Below, piece by piece: positions 17,300-18,003 of a stretch of DNA of 18,003 bases. The notes under the pieces are model-generated. The model was given only the letters and a program-made list of their open reading frames with translations. It was not told the DNA's origin and ran no database searches. The DNA lies in NCBI GenBank assembly GCA_965662845.1, contig CBFIJD010000050.1:1-18003 (forward strand). Direction: 5' to 3'. Positions within the stretch are counted from its first letter, which is position 1. Each line of letters starts with the position of its first letter. Source of the stretch: an uncultured bacterium (lineage in GTDB: Bacteria; SAR324; NAC60-12). The translations under genes were made by a program, and so were the position numbers.

Positions 17300-17413
17300 C
17301 AACCAAGAACCAGCGACAGAGTGATTGCGGAAGAAGCTTGCTCTCTGCGAGCCTTTTAGACAGTCTCCGCGGCCTGTTCCTCTTTTTCGGCCAAACCTCA
17401 TCGGGAGTTGTCT

Positions 17414-18003
17414 ATGCGTCGCCTATTTTTGTTGTGTCTGCTGCCGTTGCTCCTCAGCTGCGCCGATGGTGGTTCTTCCTCCAACTCCGATAACCAGACT
17501 GTCGCGACGAGCGGAGCGCCGGCTGGTGACGATCAGGAAGCCTCCGCCAACGATAACGAAACCAGCACCAGCGACGGGAGCGATAACGAAACCAGCACCA
17601 GCGACGGGAGCGACAGCGCAGCGACAGCGTTCACCCTCACCAGCCCTGCGGTTGTCGACGGTGCGTTGCAAGAGGAGTATCAGTGCGAAACCAAGGTGGA
17701 CGGCGTCGAAGACTCCATTCCCTTAGCGTGGAGCAACCTGCCCAGCGGCACGAACCAAGTGGCGATCACCATGCACGAACCCACGACAGGGAACACCTAC
17801 CTGCTGCTGTGGGGCATTGACGCCAGCGTGACGAGCATCGCGCACGGAGCCGCCGACGACGGCGCTTGGTTTATGGGACCAAACAAAGACGGGAACGCGA
17901 TCTCCTACACGTCGCCCTGCTCGCAATCTGGTGGGACGCACAGCTACACGCTCACGATCTATGCGCTCAGCGAGACGCCTGCGAGCCTGCCCACCGCCAA
18001 CGA
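17414..18003 (+). CDS. YbhB/YbcL (PEBP/Raf kinase inhibitor-like) lipoprotein; 3' end runs off the window
   Basis: Not in the ORF track. GGGAG RBS, lipobox MRRLFLLCLLPLLLS-C, a Ser/Asp/Thr linker, then FTLTSPAVVDG...YQC...SIPLAWSNLPSGT...AITM...YTSPCS...HSYTLTIYAL. Confidence 0.85.
   Translation, partial: MRRLFLLCLLPLLLSCADGGSSSNSDNQTVATSGAPAGDDQEASANDNETSTSDGSDNETSTSDGSDSAATAFTLTSPAVVDGALQEEYQCETKVDGVEDSIPLAWSNLPSGTNQVAITMHEPTTGNTYLLLWGIDASVTSIAHGAADDGAWFMGPNKDGNAISYTSPCSQSGGTHSYTLTIYALSETPASLPTAN
17551..17613 (+). repeat. 30-bp coding tandem repeat (2 copies)
   Basis: CGATAACGAAACCAGCACCAGCGACGGGAG occurs twice, encoding DNETSTSDGS x2. Confidence 0.95.

Noticed and set aside
17325..17941. 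Track ORFs 17325..17726, 17423..17671 and 17723..17941
   Set aside because: They are off-frame or antisense to the lipoprotein gene starting at 17414, which the track omits because it lacks a stop in the window.

Overview
GC-rich bacterial chromosomal segment with an AT-richer accessory block at its left end. Positions 1-1600 are a decayed, integrase-less integron cassette array on the minus strand. It contains two attC-like sites (one degenerate, one truncated) bracketing an intact HTH + GIY-YIG-like nuclease cassette, plus two damaged toxin-antitoxin pairs (PIN toxin fragment with a frameshifted partner, and a DUF4258-like/DUF2283 pair). A probable IS66-family relic closes the block on the right. 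The core region holds Fe-superoxide dismutase (sodB), a CPA2/Kef-type antiporter, a DtxR/MntR regulator, a FemAB-like GNAT protein, a type III polyketide synthase, three small hypothetical proteins, a five-gene Opp/Dpp-type ABC transporter, an exported His-tailed hypothetical protein and a signal-peptide-bearing acetamidase/formamidase. A REP-associated tyrosine transposase (RAYT) follows, with GTAG-REP arrays on both flanks and REP copies inside its own coding sequence. The window ends in a partial YbhB/YbcL-like lipoprotein gene. Family calls come from motif recognition by eye, not database searches.
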